DNA of 64,000 nucleotides, from positions 96,001-160,000 of the IMG/VR virus record IMGVR_UViG_3300042013_000056. One strand, 5' to 3'. Source of the DNA: a virus. Shown one piece after another: positions 53,572-64,000 of this stretch; position 1 is the stretch's first letter; each line of letters starts with the position of its first letter. The translations under genes were made by a program, and so were the position numbers. The notes beneath the pieces are model-generated. The model did no database searches and had not been told where the DNA came from. It worked only from the letters and a program-made list of their open reading frames with translations.

Positions 53572-53582
53572 ATATCAACCTC

Positions 53583-53621
53583 ATAAATACATCATATCAC
53601 TTATTTACTAAGGTATTTATT
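53583..53621. promoter_or_regulatory. Divergent late-type promoters (TAAATA on both strands) between gp4 and gp48
   Basis: ATAAATA on + at 53583; TAAATA on - at ~53602 and ~53615. Confidence 0.65.
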
Positions 53622-53622
53622 C

Positions 53623-54528
53623 ATGTCTGTAATCAGCAATCTACTCGACAAGGGTAAAAACTTTGTCACAAGTACAGGGTCCGATATCGCAAATGGCGCA
53701 TCATCCCTGAACAAAAAATTTAACGCATATGCTGGTAGTGGCAATACCGGTGGTACTACCCGTGGTAACTGGAAATATCCACTGACCCTGCAAGCATCAC
53801 AGCACACATCCCGACTAGCATTTACCGCAACAAACGCAATTTCCGGTGATGAACCTGATGCTGGCCGCTCTAAAGCGTTCGGTGAATTCAAACGAATGAT
53901 GTTCCGTGATGTCGGCTCTGTGTTCCTGTATATGCCAAAACTCCAACAATCCTACACACAGAACTATTCTGATGACGGAAGGGGGCTAATATGGCAGATG
54001 GTTAACGCGTTCCAAGCCGCTGGGGGTGTCGATAAGTTTGGTGATGCCAGTGCCGCTGCTTTGAAAACTGGTGTGGCTCAAGTTGCCAACACAGCAGCAC
54101 CCGGATTGGTCCGTGACTTCTCTCAAGTGGTTAAGAACCAACACATGTCGTCCCACTTCACCGGCACGCAATTGCGCAGACAGAAGTTTGATTTTGAATT
54201 GCGTCCGCGCAATGAAGATGAATTGATTCAGATCGCCGGGATTATCCAGTTCTTTGCTGCGAACTCTGCTACTAACTTGAGTTCCGGTGACACCATGGGT
54301 ACTCCATGCCGTTGGATCATTGAAGAAATCACAACCGATAGTGCCAACCGCCATATCAAACCTTTTAGATTTGGTCCAGCGTTCTTGGCTGATGTATCGA
54401 TTGATAAAACGCCTGATGGTTCGTGGAAAACATTCGAGTCCGGTGACCCAATTGGGATTAACCTGACACTTGAATTCGTTGAAATCACCATTGTTACGAA
54501 ACAAGATATCGAGGATTTGGGTCTGTGA
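53623..54528 (+). CDS. gp48: Baseplate tail tube cap
   Basis: RRQKFDFELRPRN, FGPAFL..VSIDKTPDG, LTLEFVEI. Confidence 0.85.
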   Translation: MSVISNLLDKGKNFVTSTGSDIANGASSLNKKFNAYAGSGNTGGTTRGNWKYPLTLQASQHTSRLAFTATNAISGDEPDAGRSKAFGEFKRMMFRDVGSVFLYMPKLQQSYTQNYSDDGRGLIWQMVNAFQAAGGVDKFGDASAAALKTGVAQVANTAAPGLVRDFSQVVKNQHMSSHFTGTQLRRQKFDFELRPRNEDELIQIAGIIQFFAANSATNLSSGDTMGTPCRWIIEEITTDSANRHIKPFRFGPAFLADVSIDKTPDGSWKTFESGDPIGINLTLEFVEITIVTKQDIEDLGL

Positions 54529-55082
54529 TTCTAAATAGATTCCCTTCGATCACTTATGACGGTTACAAAATCCCAAACTTGATGATAAATTTGGGGTTGA
54601 CCTACGATTTGATCAAGGCACAGTTTACACACCGTAGTTTTACAATCATCGGGGCACCACGCCCGGAACAACTATCATACGGCATCTATGGATCACCCGA
54701 TTATGAATGGGTTCTGTTGTTGATCAACGGGGTTATCGATCCATGGTATGGTTGGATCAAAGAAGATGACGTTGTTCGGGAATATGCGGAAAAGAAGTAT
54801 GAAAAGTTTGGTGGTGCGGATGGTGTACATCACTATTACGATCCAATTACCGAAGAAGAATACTTTAACGTTGTGCGACCCGATCCATTGATTAACAAAT
54901 GGTACAACACATTGGACATCGACAAACTGGCATTACAGTTTGAGGGTCAGTTGATTCCTGTAACAAACGTTGAATATGAAATTAACGAAAATGAGACACT
55001 TCGCAAAATTTCTATCATACCCCCAAATGAAATTCGTGCGTTTGTAGATACATTTGAGAGAGTACAGAATGGGCGTAGTTAA
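54525..55082 (+). CDS. gp53: Baseplate wedge protein
   Basis: RPEQLSYGIYGSPDYEWVLLLIN, EYEINENE..RKISII. Confidence 0.9.
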   Translation: MILNRFPSITYDGYKIPNLMINLGLTYDLIKAQFTHRSFTIIGAPRPEQLSYGIYGSPDYEWVLLLINGVIDPWYGWIKEDDVVREYAEKKYEKFGGADGVHHYYDPITEEEYFNVVRPDPLINKWYNTLDIDKLALQFEGQLIPVTNVEYEINENETLRKISIIPPNEIRAFVDTFERVQNGRS

Positions 55083-56292
55083 TTCGATTCAAACACCATC
55101 GAATAGCCATATCATCAACTACATGACTCTGATCAACTACAATGGTCAGAAGTATGATGTAACGCAGATTATGCAGAAGTTGATTATCTATGAAGATTTG
55201 ATTAGCAAGGGTTACCAGCATGGATCGATTTCTATGCTGGATGACAACGCATTACATTTAAACCTTCCAATCATTGGACAAGAATTTTTGGAAGTGTCGT
55301 TCAAAACCCGTACAAACGGTGGTTATGTTGGCCAAACTGAATACGTCAAGAAGTACAAGATTGTTTCCGTGGAAGATTTATCAAAACAGAAAGATTCTGG
55401 CAACCAAGTTCTAGTTTTAAACTTTGTGTCGGAAGGATACTGGCTATCGGAAACGCATTTGTTCTCCAAGTCGTACAAAAGTACACTGACATCGGATTTG
55501 GTATTGGATTTGATGCAAACCGCATTGGGTCTAACAGTTCAGGTTGAACCGACATTGTACCCGCGTGATTGGGTAATCCCAAACATTCAGGCATTTGACT
55601 TCATCTATCGTTTGACGAACGAATCGACCAGCAAAGAAAACCTGTCTTCCGATTATAGATTCTTTGAAAACATTGATGGTTTCCACTTCAAATCGTTGTA
55701 TACCTTATCCCAAGCCGATTTCAAACAACGGTTGACTGCTGGTCCTGCTAACGTGGTTGAATATGACCGCATGCAAATCAGCGATCAAAAGAAAGATGTT
55801 CATTTTGATATAGAACGTCAATCACGCGGTGGTATCCAAGTAACGATTGATGAACTTGATACAATTCAGAAACGAACCATCCGATCACAATTAGATTACA
55901 AGGGATACCGTACCGCATATACCGGTATGAATCCATCCCCGCTATATCTGGGTAACCTAGATTACCCAACTGATATGTACTACCGCATTAGTTCTGGTAA
56001 CCAAGCCTATCAATCCAACCGCGAAACTGACATCAACCAACGTGTAAAGCGTGTGATGAACAGAACTCTACTGGATTCTTCACAACATACATTGAAGATT
56101 CCCGGAAGCATTGACTTGAAACTTGGTGAAACCATTTGGCTTGACTTTGAATACAACGGCCAGCTTGACCAAACTACTACTGGTAAGTATTTGATATGCA
56201 AAATCAAACATGAAATTGCACAAAATGAATATACGATGACTATGAATATCCGCAAGGATTCTAATGTCCAAGGTGATAAAGTTGAAAGCTGA
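55069..56292 (+). CDS. Baseplate hub (gp27-like)
   Basis: IYEDL, LPIIGQE, FFEN..GFHFKS, G.YLI..IKH; lies between gp53 and gp5. Confidence 0.75.
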   Translation: MGVVNSIQTPSNSHIINYMTLINYNGQKYDVTQIMQKLIIYEDLISKGYQHGSISMLDDNALHLNLPIIGQEFLEVSFKTRTNGGYVGQTEYVKKYKIVSVEDLSKQKDSGNQVLVLNFVSEGYWLSETHLFSKSYKSTLTSDLVLDLMQTALGLTVQVEPTLYPRDWVIPNIQAFDFIYRLTNESTSKENLSSDYRFFENIDGFHFKSLYTLSQADFKQRLTAGPANVVEYDRMQISDQKKDVHFDIERQSRGGIQVTIDELDTIQKRTIRSQLDYKGYRTAYTGMNPSPLYLGNLDYPTDMYYRISSGNQAYQSNRETDINQRVKRVMNRTLLDSSQHTLKIPGSIDLKLGETIWLDFEYNGQLDQTTTGKYLICKIKHEIAQNEYTMTMNIRKDSNVQGDKVES

Positions 56293-57544
56293 TAATATTT
56301 TTGATTTGTTTTGGTTTTTTGGTAAGGTTGAAGACCGTAATGACCCGATGGAACTTGGCAGACTCCGAGTTCGTGTGTATGGCATCCATACCCCGGATAA
56401 GGTAAAGGACCAGTTCAAAGGTATTCCAACAGATGAACTTCTGTGGTCGCAGCCGGTAATGGGTATTCGGTCTGCTGCAATGAACGGTATTGGTGACTCT
56501 CCAAGCGGCGCTGTTGAGGGTACGATGGTTTTCGGGTTCTTCCTTGATGGTCGTCTGGCTCAAGACCCATTCGTCCTAGGCACGCTTGCAGGGATTCCTG
56601 TAGATGGTGCCGACCCAACCCAAGGGTTCAACGATCCAAAGGGTGTGTACCCAAAGTACCTGAATGAATCTGATGTTAGCCGTCTGGCTCGAACTGCGTA
56701 TATGACGCATCCGGGTTTATCCGCCAAGTTCAACAACATGGTCAAAGACATTCCATCGGGTGCAGATGAAATTGCAAACACTGGTGTTCCCGGAAGTTCG
56801 GATACACCCGGAACTAAATGGAGTGAGCCAGCACCAGCCAATTCCCCACGATATCCATACAACAAAGTTCGTGAAACAGAAGCTGGTCATATCGAAGAAT
56901 ACGATGATTCACCGGGTGCAGAGCGTATGCACTGGATGCATGGACCATCTGGAACTTATGAAGAATGGCGACCAGACGGTTCGAAGTCGGCAAAGACCAA
57001 CGGTGATGAAGTTTATATCATTATCGGTAACAAGAAACATATGGTCAGTGGCGATTCTCAAATTACAATCGTAGGCAATGCGAAAATTCTGGTTCAAGGC
57101 AACTTAAATGAACAAGTAAATGGAAACGTACAGCGGTTTGTGAAGGGTAACGTAGTTGAAAAGATCGAGGGTAACTTCTCCCGTGATGTTTTGGGTGAAA
57201 GCTTTACCAACGTTCAGGGCAACGTGGTTCAACGTGATGGTTCTAACAGAACCAACTTTACAGCCATCAACAAAACAACAACTGTCGGTGCAAACAACAG
57301 CGAAACTATCAACGGTAAAAACGCAGTGCAATGTTTGGGCGACTGGACTGTAACATCTGCGGCCAAGTTCACACACATTACCGGTGGTAATCACGCACAA
57401 CTGATTAGCGGTAACTACAGCATCAACGTAGCTTCGGCATACGGTTTGGCTACTGCTCAATTTAGTGTCGGTGTTGCTGGTTCTGCAACTATTGATGCAA
57501 CTGGCCCAGCGACCATTATGGGTTCGCGGGTTGATCTTAACTAA
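56264..57544 (+). CDS. gp5: Baseplate spike gp5 without a lysozyme domain
   Basis: WFFGKVEDRNDPMELGRLRVR OB-fold, YPYNKV.ETEAGHI.EYDD, Val/Gly/Asn beta-helix repeats. Confidence 0.9.
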   Translation: MSKVIKLKADNIFDLFWFFGKVEDRNDPMELGRLRVRVYGIHTPDKVKDQFKGIPTDELLWSQPVMGIRSAAMNGIGDSPSGAVEGTMVFGFFLDGRLAQDPFVLGTLAGIPVDGADPTQGFNDPKGVYPKYLNESDVSRLARTAYMTHPGLSAKFNNMVKDIPSGADEIANTGVPGSSDTPGTKWSEPAPANSPRYPYNKVRETEAGHIEEYDDSPGAERMHWMHGPSGTYEEWRPDGSKSAKTNGDEVYIIIGNKKHMVSGDSQITIVGNAKILVQGNLNEQVNGNVQRFVKGNVVEKIEGNFSRDVLGESFTNVQGNVVQRDGSNRTNFTAINKTTTVGANNSETINGKNAVQCLGDWTVTSAAKFTHITGGNHAQLISGNYSINVASAYGLATAQFSVGVAGSATIDATGPATIMGSRVDLN

Positions 57545-57552
57545 GGTGATGT

Positions 57553-58227
57553 ATGCCCGATCTACCAGAACTGCCTAATTGGCAGGATATGGAATCCGCA
57601 TGTCCCGGTTTGGGGGAATTGGTCGATAAGGTCACTTCCGCCGCGAACCGGGCGGTTGATTCCATTGTAAGTACCATTACAGACAGCCCAACCGCTGGTA
57701 CAGCCGGTGGTATTGCTGCAAAAATCAGTGCTGCTGTTTCTGCTGTAACCGCCGAAGCCGAAGAACTGATGGAAACTGCGAAAGGTGCAGTTGCCGAAAT
57801 CGAACAGACGCTACAAGACTTTGCCATGGAAGTTCAAGGGAAAATCGAAGAATTCCAAGCCCAGATTGAGGGGTGGATGGTTGAACTAGAAACTGCTGTA
57901 GGTGAAGCCCGTGAAGAACTGTTGCGTAAGATTGCAGAAGCCGAAGGGTTTATACAAGACCAAATTGCAGAACTCCAAGCGGCATTGCCCGCGTGGTTGC
58001 AGAAGTCTCCACAAGAACTATTGGATGATGTAATCAATGGTATTTGTGACCCCGATGTAAGCGAGCTAGGGAAGCCTGTAGAGGGCACCGCGAAGAAAGT
58101 CGTACCATCGGAAGCCCCAACGGCTAACCCGGCTGCAACAGAAGTAGAGGTCTTTGTACCACCAGCAAAACCACCACTTCAAACCAATCCAATACAAGTT
58201 GATCCAGAAACAGGCGTAACCCCTTAA
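57553..58227 (+). CDS. Hypothetical baseplate-region protein
   Basis: 224 aa, coiled-coil centre, Pro-rich tail. Confidence 0.65.
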   Translation: MPDLPELPNWQDMESACPGLGELVDKVTSAANRAVDSIVSTITDSPTAGTAGGIAAKISAAVSAVTAEAEELMETAKGAVAEIEQTLQDFAMEVQGKIEEFQAQIEGWMVELETAVGEAREELLRKIAEAEGFIQDQIAELQAALPAWLQKSPQELLDDVINGICDPDVSELGKPVEGTAKKVVPSEAPTANPAATEVEVFVPPAKPPLQTNPIQVDPETGVTP

Positions 58228-59232
58228 ATGACAAACGTAACCAGAGTAGGTGATACCTGCGTACCCGGTCCAAGTGGTGGTATTTCAACAAATGCCGCTA
58301 CTGGGTCACCAAACGTGTTTGCAAACCACCTACCAGTACACCGGGTCACCGACTCATGGGTACTGCCAAATGCTGCACACAAGACGGTAACCGGTTCACC
58401 AGATGTTTTTATCAATAACTTACAGGTTGCTAGAGTCTTTGATACAACTAACACAGGGTCGATTATCAACGTCGGTTCACCGAATGTGTTTGCGAATGAA
58501 TCATTCATGACTGTTGCGGGTGTAACCATCCCATCAAATCAGAATTCATTCAAAAACGCAGAGCCATTGATTGATAACGTTGGACATTCTGGGATTGATG
58601 ATGAATTTGAAGTGAATTCCGGGTCGGGTGTTTACCCACCGTTGCCTCAAACAACACCACCAACACCGATTCCACCGAAAGAAATTGAACATGAAGACGA
58701 TGTGCCACCACCAGAACCACCGGCCCCACCAGTTTCCGACTGTTCGATGATCACACTTCCGATTAATTATGACTTCCAGCTAAGCCCAAACTTCAAACTT
58801 CGCAACTTTTCGATCAATTGTATCTTTCCTCACACGATTAAAGCGCAAAACGGTCTAACCGAAGCTGAAATTGTTTGTAATTTGAAAGCACTTGCGGCCA
58901 ACGTGGTTGAACCAATGCGTGCGCAGTTCGGTACGTTCCGTATCAACTCTGGTTTCAGAACAAGACAGAATGGTCGAAGTCAACATGAAAAAGGTCAGGC
59001 GTGTGACATTCAGTTCCCAAACATGAGTTACAACCAGATGTTCGCGGTTGCTCAATGGGTAAAGGATAATATCAATTACGATCAACTCCTATGGGAACAT
59101 GGTAACCGACCATGGATACATGTGTCATTCAATCGTGCGGGTAACCGTCCAAAGAGTGCATCTAATTCGGTGATGACAATGTATCAAAACCACTTTTCAC
59201 CGGGTTTGAAAAAAATCGCTGGATATAGTTGA
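58228..59232 (+). CDS. PAAR-like spike tip fused to peptidase M15 domain
   Basis: N-terminal RVGD...GSPNVFAN...GSPDVFIN..VARV.D; C-terminal LSPNF, INSGFR, SQHEKGQACDI, WIHVS. Confidence 0.8.
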   Translation: MTNVTRVGDTCVPGPSGGISTNAATGSPNVFANHLPVHRVTDSWVLPNAAHKTVTGSPDVFINNLQVARVFDTTNTGSIINVGSPNVFANESFMTVAGVTIPSNQNSFKNAEPLIDNVGHSGIDDEFEVNSGSGVYPPLPQTTPPTPIPPKEIEHEDDVPPPEPPAPPVSDCSMITLPINYDFQLSPNFKLRNFSINCIFPHTIKAQNGLTEAEIVCNLKALAANVVEPMRAQFGTFRINSGFRTRQNGRSQHEKGQACDIQFPNMSYNQMFAVAQWVKDNINYDQLLWEHGNRPWIHVSFNRAGNRPKSASNSVMTMYQNHFSPGLKKIAGYS

Positions 59233-59238
59233 TAAATA
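59231..59238 (+). promoter_or_regulatory. Late-type promoter GATAAATA upstream of gp25
   Basis: TAAATA core ~17 nt before the ATG. Confidence 0.6.
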
Positions 59239-59254
59239 ATAAAACAGAGGAACC

Positions 59255-59656
59255 ATGATGACTACCGCCATCTATGCAGACATTAGAAAAAACATGTTGA
59301 TGGATTCACTGACATCCGACGTATCGGTTGCAGTGAATGATCAAGCTATTAAAGATTCGGTAATGAACTTAGTCATGACCACCCGTGGTGAAAGGTTATA
59401 TCAACCCGAAATCGGGGGTGATATTTCGACTTTGCTATTCGAATTGATGTCACCGGAAACAACATATCTGCTGCAAAGAGCTATTCAGGAAGTGATTACC
59501 AACTGGGAGCCTAGAGCGGTATTGGATCGAGTTGATATCATACCTGATTATGATAACAACCATTACTCAATCACGATCCGTTTCTACACTAAATATAACC
59601 TTGAGGTTTCACAATCCGTGAATTTGAACCTTACATCTAAGGCACAAGCTACATGA
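59255..59656 (+). CDS. gp25: Baseplate wedge subunit
   Basis: AIKDSVMNLV.T..GER, I.NWEPR. Confidence 0.9.
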   Translation: MMTTAIYADIRKNMLMDSLTSDVSVAVNDQAIKDSVMNLVMTTRGERLYQPEIGGDISTLLFELMSPETTYLLQRAIQEVITNWEPRAVLDRVDIIPDYDNNHYSITIRFYTKYNLEVSQSVNLNLTSKAQAT

Positions 59657-61500
59657 TCAACACAGACTTCTCAGCTCTAACTTTCCAAGAAGTTAAAGCA
59701 CGCATCATTAACCACTTTAAGAACAGTGATGCTTTCAAGGATTATGATTTCGTTGGGTCGCGACTGAACACATTGATCGACGGTCTGGCCTACGCGGCAT
59801 TGTATCAAGGTACATTTGCAAACGCGGCATTGTTTGAAAGCTTCCTTCAATCCGCCAGAACACGCGGTGCTGTTGTATTGGCGGCACAGAATTTGGGTTA
59901 TCTGCCAGCTTCTATGCGCGGTTCGACGGTGAATCTTCCTATCACAATGACATACAACCAACCGGGCACCAAACCATTGTCGGTTAAACTCCCTTTCGGG
60001 TTTAAATTCTTCGGTACAATTGGTGATTCGAAATATGAATTTGTAACATTCAAAGAAAACATTTTACCACGTAACAGTGCGGGTACATACACAGGCGTTA
60101 TTGTTCCGGTTCAGGGTAAGCTAGTTCGACAACAATACACATGGTCAAGCGATTTGCGCATTTTTATTCGCGACCAGACAATTGATCGTCGTTATATCCG
60201 CGTTCTAGTGAACGGTGTAGAGTATACAAAAGCCGGTAACGCCGCTCGCGTTTCGTCTCTTGACCCGGTTTACTACTTCCGTGAAACACTTGAAGGTTAC
60301 ACCGAACTGTACTTTGGTGCAGGTGAACTTGAAGTGATTGAAGGTCAACCAGATTTGGAAGCGTATGTTGGTGGATTAAAACCATCCGTAGGCCAACCGA
60401 TTGTCGTTGAGTACCTTTCCGTGAAGGGTGCCGAAGCAAACGGCGTTAAGACATTTAAATCTGTTGACTCAGTTCCAAATTTTGATGTTGCTATTACATT
60501 GCCAGCCGATGAACAATCAACTGGTGGTGGGGATAAAGAAGACATCGACCGTATCCGTATCGTAGCCCCAAAGGTCTATGAGGCACAAGGTCGTTGCGTA
60601 ACCGCCCAAGACTACGAAGCATTCGTTCTGCGTGAGTTTGGATCAATCGTTGATGCAATTCGCTGTTGGGGTGACAACACTAAGCCGGGTTATGCGTTTA
60701 TCGCAATCAAACCTGTTGGTGCGTTGGCTATGAGCAAAGCCCAGAAAGATGCGATTGAAGAATCATTGAAACAATACAACATTGTGACTATCAGTCCGAA
60801 GGTTGTAACGCCGGATTATCTGTTCATTGAACATACGATTGATGTTGACTACAAAGTAACCGAGTTGAACGTTTCAGAAGATGAACTGTTCAATGCGATT
60901 CTGGGTCAGGTTGCATCGTACTACAATACAAATATCACTGCATTTGCGTCCAGTTTCCACGTTTCTAAATTGTTGGCTTACATCGACAATACAAATTCTG
61001 CGATTCTAGGTTCTGCGTGTGGCATTCGTATGGTTAAGGAAGTTGAAGACAACTATCTTACACCAGCATCTGGGGTTAACTTCCTGAACGTCATTACTAC
61101 CAGAGAGTTTGAAAGCTCTGATATTTCGTTCAAAAAAGACCCAGCCAATGTCTACAACGTGAAATTGAAAGGTACTGATTCTGGTAAAGTTGTAATCGGT
61201 CCATTTAAAAACACATCCGGTATTGCGATTGATCCATATATCGGTACTGATTTTAATAGACTTGGTACAGCACCAGACGATAAATATTTCGAGGTTGGTA
61301 CTATCAACTATGTTACCGGGAATGTTTATTACAACCTAGCAGCGTTGGGTCAAAGTCGTGACTATTTCAACGTATCGATCCTTCGATTGTACGCAACCCC
61401 AAACGAAAGCGATATTTACACCAAAAATGGTTCGTTGATTGTATATGAACCACTGTTAAGACCAGATTATATTGCTTTGAATATTAACCCAATTCTGTAA
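59653..61500 (+). CDS. gp6: Baseplate wedge subunit
   Basis: FKDYDFVGS, ESFLQSARTR, QGRCVTAQDYE. Confidence 0.93.
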   Translation: MINTDFSALTFQEVKARIINHFKNSDAFKDYDFVGSRLNTLIDGLAYAALYQGTFANAALFESFLQSARTRGAVVLAAQNLGYLPASMRGSTVNLPITMTYNQPGTKPLSVKLPFGFKFFGTIGDSKYEFVTFKENILPRNSAGTYTGVIVPVQGKLVRQQYTWSSDLRIFIRDQTIDRRYIRVLVNGVEYTKAGNAARVSSLDPVYYFRETLEGYTELYFGAGELEVIEGQPDLEAYVGGLKPSVGQPIVVEYLSVKGAEANGVKTFKSVDSVPNFDVAITLPADEQSTGGGDKEDIDRIRIVAPKVYEAQGRCVTAQDYEAFVLREFGSIVDAIRCWGDNTKPGYAFIAIKPVGALAMSKAQKDAIEESLKQYNIVTISPKVVTPDYLFIEHTIDVDYKVTELNVSEDELFNAILGQVASYYNTNITAFASSFHVSKLLAYIDNTNSAILGSACGIRMVKEVEDNYLTPASGVNFLNVITTREFESSDISFKKDPANVYNVKLKGTDSGKVVIGPFKNTSGIAIDPYIGTDFNRLGTAPDDKYFEVGTINYVTGNVYYNLAALGQSRDYFNVSILRLYATPNESDIYTKNGSLIVYEPLLRPDYIALNINPIL

Positions 61501-61510
61501 TGAGATATAC

Positions 61511-64000
61511 ATGTCACAGTCACCATCAGTAGAACAGATTCGAATCAAAAATGTTGCCGGTACATATGTCCAATTGGAATGGGATGATATCGGTGGATTG
61601 TTTACATATGAGATTCAAAAATCGGCCAATGGGGGTGCATTCATCCCCGCCGATTTTTCCACCAAACCATCCTATTTTGATCAAAATGCAACCATAAGCA
61701 CGGTTTATATTTACCGCGTTCGTTCTGTGTCAACTGAATACACACCAAGTGAGTGGGCATACACAGAACAGTTCACAACATTTGAAACCAACTCATATGC
61801 GGTTGTGTCTCAAAGTTCGGTAAATATTTACAAAAATTTCATTGACCAAAAACTAACATACGCTGATGACTTCATTAATTTCAATCGTGATGACATCGAA
61901 GCTGTATTGATCCGTGAGGGTTACAAATACAGCAGCGTGGATAAAAATCTTTCCGATATAGACCAATATGTTCTATTTGAAGAAGAATCCCTGAAAATTT
62001 ACGGGGATGTTTCGGCTGCGTGTGATAAACCAGTAAATTTGATCCCTGCATTTTTCAACGATACGTTGTTTATGTTTGAAAGGTTTCAACAAATTGTACG
62101 ATACTCAACAAACGGTGCGCAATCTTGGAAGACACATCACGGCGTACAAGGTCGTGTGGGTGCCCCTGTTGGTAACCAAGTAGCCGTATGTTCAGATTCA
62201 TCAATGTATATCCTAGGTTATGATGGCATCTACGCGATGACATACAACACTGATGTTCGTTGGTCGTCTAACACTGATAGATTCAGTGCAAATGCGTCTT
62301 CTTTTACATCTGGTAAAGTTGGTGAATTTAGATTTATCAAACTTATTGATTTACCGTCTGGTGTTGCATATGGTTCGCTGGAAGCAATTGGCATTTCGGA
62401 AGATCATTCCAAACTGTTTGTTGCCGCGTTTGATACACTGTATACACTGAAACTCACTGACGCTACTATTGATGTTGATGGGCATCGTCTATGGGAATCA
62501 AATTCGGTTAGAATCACCGGTAATGCAAATGCTAAAGTCAAAAACCTAGTCGGTTATAAAGATAGCGTTTATGCATATGTATACGGTTTGTTAGATACTC
62601 GAATTTCAATTAACCCGGAACTGGTTGTAGTTGATGGCCTTTTAGGTCTAGAATCAATCAACTCCGAAATCATTGTTATTGATCCTGCAAGTGGCCTTAC
62701 AGTCGAACGCACTACATTGGATGGGGTTTACAAAGTTCCTAACGATGTTAGTTCTGTTTCAAGAGTATATGGCAACACAGTTACAGAGCGTGCGTTGTTG
62801 GACCCAAAAATCTCCAACCTGTCTCGTTCGTCAACCAGTTTGATCATTGATACAATAAACATCCACTACATGGTAACTGATGATATCGATAGTGTTGAGC
62901 CACCTACACCGGGTTACGGTGACAACGATGTTGACCCAGAACGTGTTGATATCGCATCGATGTATGTAATCGATCCATTGATTGTTACAAATATCAGATC
63001 GTTCCGTCGTCCATTGAAATCTATCGATGGTTTGGTTTGGTTCAGCCAAGAAGAAAACTACCACTACGAATCACAATACCAGTGGTTTGCAGGTAACCGA
63101 GTTTGGGTGAACTACCACAACAAAATCTGTGTGATCGGTAAACGCAAAGACTTTGAACATCAACTAACCAATACATCAGAAGTTTTGGTGGATGGTAAAT
63201 TTACATTCTACGCTGATAACTTTGTAATCAAAGATTATCCGGGTTATGCAATTGGTGTTGTGTTCTACCGTAAAGATACCAAAGATTTGATTGGGTACTT
63301 TGCATTGGGGTACAGAACCAGAGATATTGCAACATTCACATGGATTCCTGATCGCACTGTTCTGACTGCAATTTTGGCGTCAAACGAAGTTGATATCGTA
63401 GTACCAGAACCAGAACCGGATAGTGAGTTTGATATTATCCCACCACTGGAACCACTGGCGTATCAATTCTTGCCGTCGCACTTCATTCAGACAGAGCCGC
63501 TGTATGTTGATTTTGTCAGTGAATACTTGAAGTTTCTATCAAGTGATGTCGATTCCGACTATGGGCAGTTGCATAGTCTGTTGAGAAACCACGACGTGAA
63601 CGAAACTGCGTATTTGGATATGTTTAAAAACGACTTGTCCAAGCGTAATGTGTATTTGGATAAATCCAAGTGGGTTGAATTGTTGAAATTGACGAACAAC
63701 CGTTCGTTCGATATTTACTCAATCAAAGGTATTAAAGACGCCTACACATTCTTGTTTAAGCTGCTTTACAATGAGGAAGTAATTGTTTCCACCGAAGCCG
63801 ATTCTAAGTATGAATTCGATATCATTATGGATTCTTCGACATTGACATCAGATTTGGTTGGTAACAGAATCAGAACTGCGAATAATTCTGGTCAAGCGGA
63901 TGTTGTTTATTATGAGCGATACTTCGATAGTGCTGGTAAAGCCTATTGGCAGGTTACTCTAAATAACATCATAGGTGAATTCGTTGTTGGTGATGTGTTG
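61511..64000 (+). CDS. gp7: Baseplate wedge initiator, runs off the window end
   Basis: Manual translation of the start, MSQSPSVEQIRIK...LEWDDIG...SEWAYTEQFTTFETNSY, matches T4 gp7. Absence from the ORF track implies no stop before 64000. Confidence 0.88.
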   Translation, partial: MSQSPSVEQIRIKNVAGTYVQLEWDDIGGLFTYEIQKSANGGAFIPADFSTKPSYFDQNATISTVYIYRVRSVSTEYTPSEWAYTEQFTTFETNSYAVVSQSSVNIYKNFIDQKLTYADDFINFNRDDIEAVLIREGYKYSSVDKNLSDIDQYVLFEEESLKIYGDVSAACDKPVNLIPAFFNDTLFMFERFQQIVRYSTNGAQSWKTHHGVQGRVGAPVGNQVAVCSDSSMYILGYDGIYAMTYNTDVRWSSNTDRFSANASSFTSGKVGEFRFIKLIDLPSGVAYGSLEAIGISEDHSKLFVAAFDTLYTLKLTDATIDVDGHRLWESNSVRITGNANAKVKNLVGYKDSVYAYVYGLLDTRISINPELVVVDGLLGLESINSEIIVIDPASGLTVERTTLDGVYKVPNDVSSVSRVYGNTVTERALLDPKISNLSRSSTSLIIDTINIHYMVTDDIDSVEPPTPGYGDNDVDPERVDIASMYVIDPLIVTNIRSFRRPLKSIDGLVWFSQEENYHYESQYQWFAGNRVWVNYHNKICVIGKRKDFEHQLTNTSEVLVDGKFTFYADNFVIKDYPGYAIGVVFYRKDTKDLIGYFALGYRTRDIATFTWIPDRTVLTAILASNEVDIVVPEPEPDSEFDIIPPLEPLAYQFLPSHFIQTEPLYVDFVSEYLKFLSSDVDSDYGQLHSLLRNHDVNETAYLDMFKNDLSKRNVYLDKSKWVELLKLTNNRSFDIYSIKGIKDAYTFLFKLLYNEEVIVSTEADSKYEFDIIMDSSTLTSDLVGNRIRTANNSGQADVVYYERYFDSAGKAYWQVTLNNIIGEFVVGDVL

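Noticed and set aside
62253-63064. Short ORFs inside the gp7 region
   Set aside because: They overlap the continuous gp7 frame that starts at 61511.
1-64000. Genome-wide TAG recoding suggested by two CUA RNAs
   Set aside because: Core genes are full length under the standard code. Only one clear internal TAG and one uORF case were found.

Overview
This is a 64 kb segment of a T4-like myophage genome. It is transcribed leftward from 1 to ~53.6 kb and rightward from ~53.6 kb to the end. From left to right it holds: a NadM-Nudix NAD-salvage enzyme, an endolysin, an RNA-repair set (Rnl2, PNKP, Rnl1), a cell-wall hydrolase, AsiA, and the T4 replication/transcription core (gp52, gp39, DexA, gp61, gp41, UvsX, gp43, RegA, gp62/44/45, RpbA, gp46/47, gp55). 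Next comes a ~19 kb tRNA/ncRNA island (26.4-45.5 kb), then gp1, gp3, and tail/baseplate genes up to a partial gp7. The island carries 34 recognisable tRNAs (all 20 amino acids plus an amber suppressor) and 9 atypical CCA-ended tRNA-like RNAs. It also carries six copies of a stem-closed 'AACAGCAA' ncRNA, a DUF2828/TROVE-related vWA protein, gp57B/Acb1, a PL7 alginate lyase and a bL12-like protein. The most striking element is a ~530 nt RNA built from two tandem mimics of the 23S rRNA uL11-binding GTPase-associated centre, each with a large insertion. An amber-suppressor tRNA lies ~1 kb from a late-promoter gene with an in-frame TAG at codon 4. All calls come from manual reading and recalled family motifs; no searches or folding were run.
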